This document shows positions 60,963 to 64,000 of a stretch of 64,000 nucleotides of DNA, one piece after another; the first letter of the stretch is position 1, and each line of letters opens with the position of its first letter. The DNA is taken from assembly GCA_963666115.2 (NCBI GenBank), contig CAXXET010000007.1, positions 160,001-224,000 of the forward strand. Direction: 5' to 3'. The notes under the pieces were generated by a model. The model did not search any database, was not told the DNA's origin, and saw only the letters and a list, made by a program, of their open reading frames with translations. This stretch comes from Dehalococcoidia bacterium. Lineage in GTDB: Bacteria > Chloroflexota > Dehalococcoidia > UBA6926. Position numbers and translations under genes: made by a program.

Positions 60963-61865
60963 TCACTCGCTTTGTTCCAGCACGTCCACCCTAAAGTCCT
61001 CCAGATTTGGCGTGTCGGCCCCCTCGTAGAGAATCTCAAACGGCTTGACATCGCCCTTGAGCGGAGCCCTCGGCATGTAACGCACGACATAGCAATAGGG
61101 TAGGCTATCGCTGGAGTACAGTTGAACAGAAAAGATTAGTTCAGTGGGCGGCAACTGAAATCTTCCACGCTGTGCCCTAGAACCGAAAGCAATTCTCAAC
61201 CCCCTGTTGGACCAGAAACTTAAGACATCCACTTGCGCCTGAGATTGCGGAGCGATAGACCTACTGGTTGGGTACTGCTGCGAGGCGTGGTCGGCCCATG
61301 TCAATTCAACTGGGTAAGGCACGAACTCATATCCGCGGTAGTTGTATGCTGCCCAGTACGCTTGACTAGTTCCAGCAGATGGTGCAGTGCGTTGTCGCGG
61401 CCGCATACCTGTTAGAAGTACTCGGCAGTCTAATGCCCGCGAATTCGACTGATTCGCAACAGTTATGTGCAGGTATTCCGTATCTATCAATGCATCCGCA
61501 AGCTTTTCGTTCAAATCGTCCGATTTGCGGATGTCCACGACACGTAATTTCGGCTTAAGCGCCTCACGCATGGTGGCCAATTCTCGCCGCGCTTCATTGC
61601 GCTGAGCAAAGGGCGCCTTTGCGGACGCAAACAAGAACGGCAACAGAAGGAAAGACAGTAATCCCAGCGTCGCTATCAGCGGTAGTGGCCAACTGACATT
61701 CGATAGAGTTGCTAAAGCAATCAGGAGGGCCAACAACGCGTCGAGAATCAGGAACACAGCGGATCGAAGTAGATTCGTTCCATCCTTCCATGTCCGAACC
61801 AGAATGCCTTGTGAAAGGTCGGTCGTTTGTGTCGACCGACCTTTCGGGCTGTTTGCCAACATCAT
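60963..61865 (-). CDS. Hypothetical protein with two N-terminal TM helices
   Basis: 300-aa ORF with two hydrophobic helices then a soluble domain; visibly lower GC. Confidence 0.6.
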   Translation of the reverse strand: MMLANSPKGRSTQTTDLSQGILVRTWKDGTNLLRSAVFLILDALLALLIALATLSNVSWPLPLIATLGLLSFLLLPFLFASAKAPFAQRNEARRELATMREALKPKLRVVDIRKSDDLNEKLADALIDTEYLHITVANQSNSRALDCRVLLTGMRPRQRTAPSAGTSQAYWAAYNYRGYEFVPYPVELTWADHASQQYPTSRSIAPQSQAQVDVLSFWSNRGLRIAFGSRAQRGRFQLPPTELIFSVQLYSSDSLPYCYVVRYMPRAPLKGDVKPFEILYEGADTPNLEDFRVDVLEQSE

Positions 61866-61924
61866 TGGTCATCTCCTTGTCGTGCGTCCAATGTAGCGTC
61901 TTTGGTTGGGTGGCGCGAGTGAGG

Positions 61925-62120
61925 ATGGATTCCAGGCGGCGACGGAAGAACGGAAAGGTCATCCTTCGACGGGCTCAGGGGGAACGGCGGGCGGCGGGAG
62001 ATTCTTCGCTGCGCTCAGAATGACGCCCGATGGATTCCGGCCTCGTATCGAAGCACGGGGCATGCTTTCGCCGGTATGAGTGGCAGGCAAGGCCGTAGCG
62101 ATCGCGCGGGTCGCCCCTCA
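61925..62120. repeat. Cluster of different short palindromic elements
   Basis: tccttcgacgggctcagg (61962), agattcttcgctgcgctcagaatgac (61999), and tggattccggc...gctttcgccggtatgag with an internal insert (62031-62080). Confidence 0.6.
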
Positions 62121-63629
62121 CTATTCGCAAAGGGACATGCTGCCATAGTAGTCGAACCTCAGAAGCGGAATGTACGGGAAGCACCCAGTCAGGTTGTTGC
62201 GCGCGAGTAGAAACTCCTCCAGGTTGACCAGGTTACCCAGTTGCGGCGGTATCTCACCGCTCAGGTTATTGTCCCGGATGTTCACCCATATCAGATTGGT
62301 CAGATTGCCCAGTTCCGGGGGTATCTCGCCGCTGAGTTCATTACGGTGAATGTACAACCTACGCAGATTGGCCAGGCTGCCGAGTTCCGGGGGTATCGCG
62401 CCACTCAACTGGTTATCCTCAAGACTCAGTTCCTGCAGGCTGGTGAGGTTGCCAAGTTCGGGCGGTATCTCGCCGCTCAGTTGGTTGTCTGCAAGATCCA
62501 GGGATGTGAGGCTGGCAAGGTTGCCGAATTCGAGTGGTATCTCACCGCTCAACTGGTTCTCCTCAAGATTCAAGATGCTGAGGTTGCCGAGGTTGCCAAG
62601 TTCGGGCGGTATCTCGCCCCTCAACTGATTCTCTCCAAGATACAGCTGCCACAGGCTGGTAAGGCTGCCGAGTTCGGGCGGTATCTCTCCGCTCAACTGG
62701 TTACCCAAAAGACTCAAAGACTTCAAGTTAGCTAGCTTTCCAAGTTCCGGTGGTATCTCTCCGCCCAACTGGGTCCACGTAAGGTTCAGGTGTTCCAGGT
62801 TGGCCAGATCGCCGAGTTCAGACGGTATCTCACCACTTAACTGATTCCGCGCGAGACCCAGGTATTCCAAGTTGGCCAGATCGCCGAGTTCAGACGGTAT
62901 CTCACCACTTAACTGATTCCCATGGAGATTCAGGTATTCCAGGTTGGTGAGACCGCCGAGTTCAGGCGGTATCTCACCGCTCAACTGATTCCACTCGAGA
63001 TTCAGGTACTCCAGGCTGGCCAGAGCGCCGAGTTCAGACGGCATCTCGCCGCTCAACTGATTCTGCTGGAGATTCAGATACTCCAGGTTGGCGAGATTGC
63101 CCAGTTCAGGCGGTATCTCGCCAGTCAACCCCTTCCGCGCGAGGTCCAGGAATTTCAGGTTGGCAAGTTTGCCGAGTTCAGGCGGGAACTCGCCAACCAA
63201 TGGGAATTTGGTGAAATCCAGTTTAGTCACACGGCCACCAGCATCGACGGTAACACCGAACCACTCCTCGATAGGATGATCGCTTAGCCACTTGTGATCG
63301 CTCGGCCAAGCGTTGTGGTGGGCGTACACCGACCATTTTGGGCCGCTCGTGGCGTTGTAAAGCGCCACGAGAACATCCCTGTCTGCGGCGGCGAGTTCCT
63401 CGGGGGTGGGTGTTGGCGTGGGAGTGGGGCGCGGCGTTGGCGTGGGAGTGGCCGTCGGCACGCGCGTCGGCGACGCGGTGGGCGTGTGGGTGGGCAGCGC
63501 GGTGGGGGTGGGCGCGGGTGTCGGAGGCGTCGGTTCAGGCGTGTGGGGATTCTCGCTGCACGCAGCGAGGGCGAGCACGAGAACTGCAATGAGGAGCAGG
63601 GGCGCAAAGGCGCGATGGAGGGCAATCAT
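62121..63629 (-). CDS. Leucine-rich repeat lipoprotein (plant receptor-type 24-aa LRRs, Pro/Thr stalk)
   Basis: Lipobox LAAC, PT-rich stalk, DRDVLVALYNATSGP.W cap, and about 15 LxxLxxLxLxxNxLSGEIPxELGx repeats. Confidence 0.93.
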   Translation of the reverse strand: MIALHRAFAPLLLIAVLVLALAACSENPHTPEPTPPTPAPTPTALPTHTPTASPTRVPTATPTPTPRPTPTPTPTPEELAAADRDVLVALYNATSGPKWSVYAHHNAWPSDHKWLSDHPIEEWFGVTVDAGGRVTKLDFTKFPLVGEFPPELGKLANLKFLDLARKGLTGEIPPELGNLANLEYLNLQQNQLSGEMPSELGALASLEYLNLEWNQLSGEIPPELGGLTNLEYLNLHGNQLSGEIPSELGDLANLEYLGLARNQLSGEIPSELGDLANLEHLNLTWTQLGGEIPPELGKLANLKSLSLLGNQLSGEIPPELGSLTSLWQLYLGENQLRGEIPPELGNLGNLSILNLEENQLSGEIPLEFGNLASLTSLDLADNQLSGEIPPELGNLTSLQELSLEDNQLSGAIPPELGSLANLRRLYIHRNELSGEIPPELGNLTNLIWVNIRDNNLSGEIPPQLGNLVNLEEFLLARNNLTGCFPYIPLLRFDYYGSMSLCE

Positions 63630-63881
63630 GCTTCAAGGATAGCCTACTACTCCCCACCCCATCCGGGCCGCGCTGGAGTCGCGCATGGGTGGGAGTGACG
63701 AAGCTCCGCAACATGCGTATGATGGATAAGTGACACGGGAGTTTCGATCCCTGTTGCAGACAGGTGGGGCTGTACGTCGAAGATGGCATCGTGCTGGATG
63801 GGACGCGGCCGGTTTCGCCCAACGGCGATACTGGTCTACAATGACGTGCAGCAAGGAAGAGTATTCGTGGCGAGGTGATCT

Positions 63882-64000
63882 ATGGATCGCGTGATTGTCC
63901 TGCTTGAGCCGTCGTTCTTTGAGCATCAGGAGAACGACCGTTTCGCTGCGCGCTTTCCTCAACTGGGGCTGACTTCCTTTGGCACGACGCGAGACGAAGC
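63882..64000 (+). CDS. Possible HicB-like antitoxin, truncated by the window end
   Basis: GAGGTG then ATG 63882: MDRVIVLLEP...FAARFPQLGLTSFGTTRDEA resembles the HicB pattern A.FP.L....FG.T.EEA. Confidence 0.45.
   Translation, partial: MDRVIVLLEPSFFEHQENDRFAARFPQLGLTSFGTTRDE

Noticed and set aside
62200-63200. Regular 72-bp periodic repeats that could be taken for a CRISPR array
   Set aside because: They are the in-frame LRR coding units; there is no constant repeat plus unique spacer structure and no cas gene.
63633-63962. 109-aa minus-strand ORF
   Set aside because: It has no recognisable features and overlaps a better-supported plus-strand start at 63882.

Overview
High-GC bacterial chromosomal segment, most likely from a Chloroflexota (Dehalococcoidia/SAR202-like) genome and plausibly a host-associated one such as a sponge symbiont. 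That placement is inference from the dnaB-dnaD-double-ATPase block, the plant-type LRR lipoprotein, the Cache lipoprotein and the clan AA protease. Housekeeping genes include lysC, thrB, queG, pncB, dnaB, rplI, purL, gcvT/H/P and CIRCE-controlled groES-groEL. There is an alternative complex III (ACIII)-type respiratory operon with a split ActB and an extra leading membrane gene. A seven-gene acyl-CoA cluster looks like an ethylmalonyl-CoA-pathway module with an atypical B12 mutase. Other notable items are a motif-degenerate class I LysRS paralogue coupled to a rhodanese, a GcvPA-GcvPB fusion, and several small accessory islets (nuclease- and toxin-antitoxin-like genes) bordered by short palindromic repeats. 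Six frameshifts, nearly all in homopolymer runs (queG tail, four in a DUF3179 gene, one in an Mrr-like gene), probably reflect sequencing or assembly error. No rRNA, tRNA, CRISPR array or transposase was recognised. All family calls come from motif recognition by eye; no database search was run.
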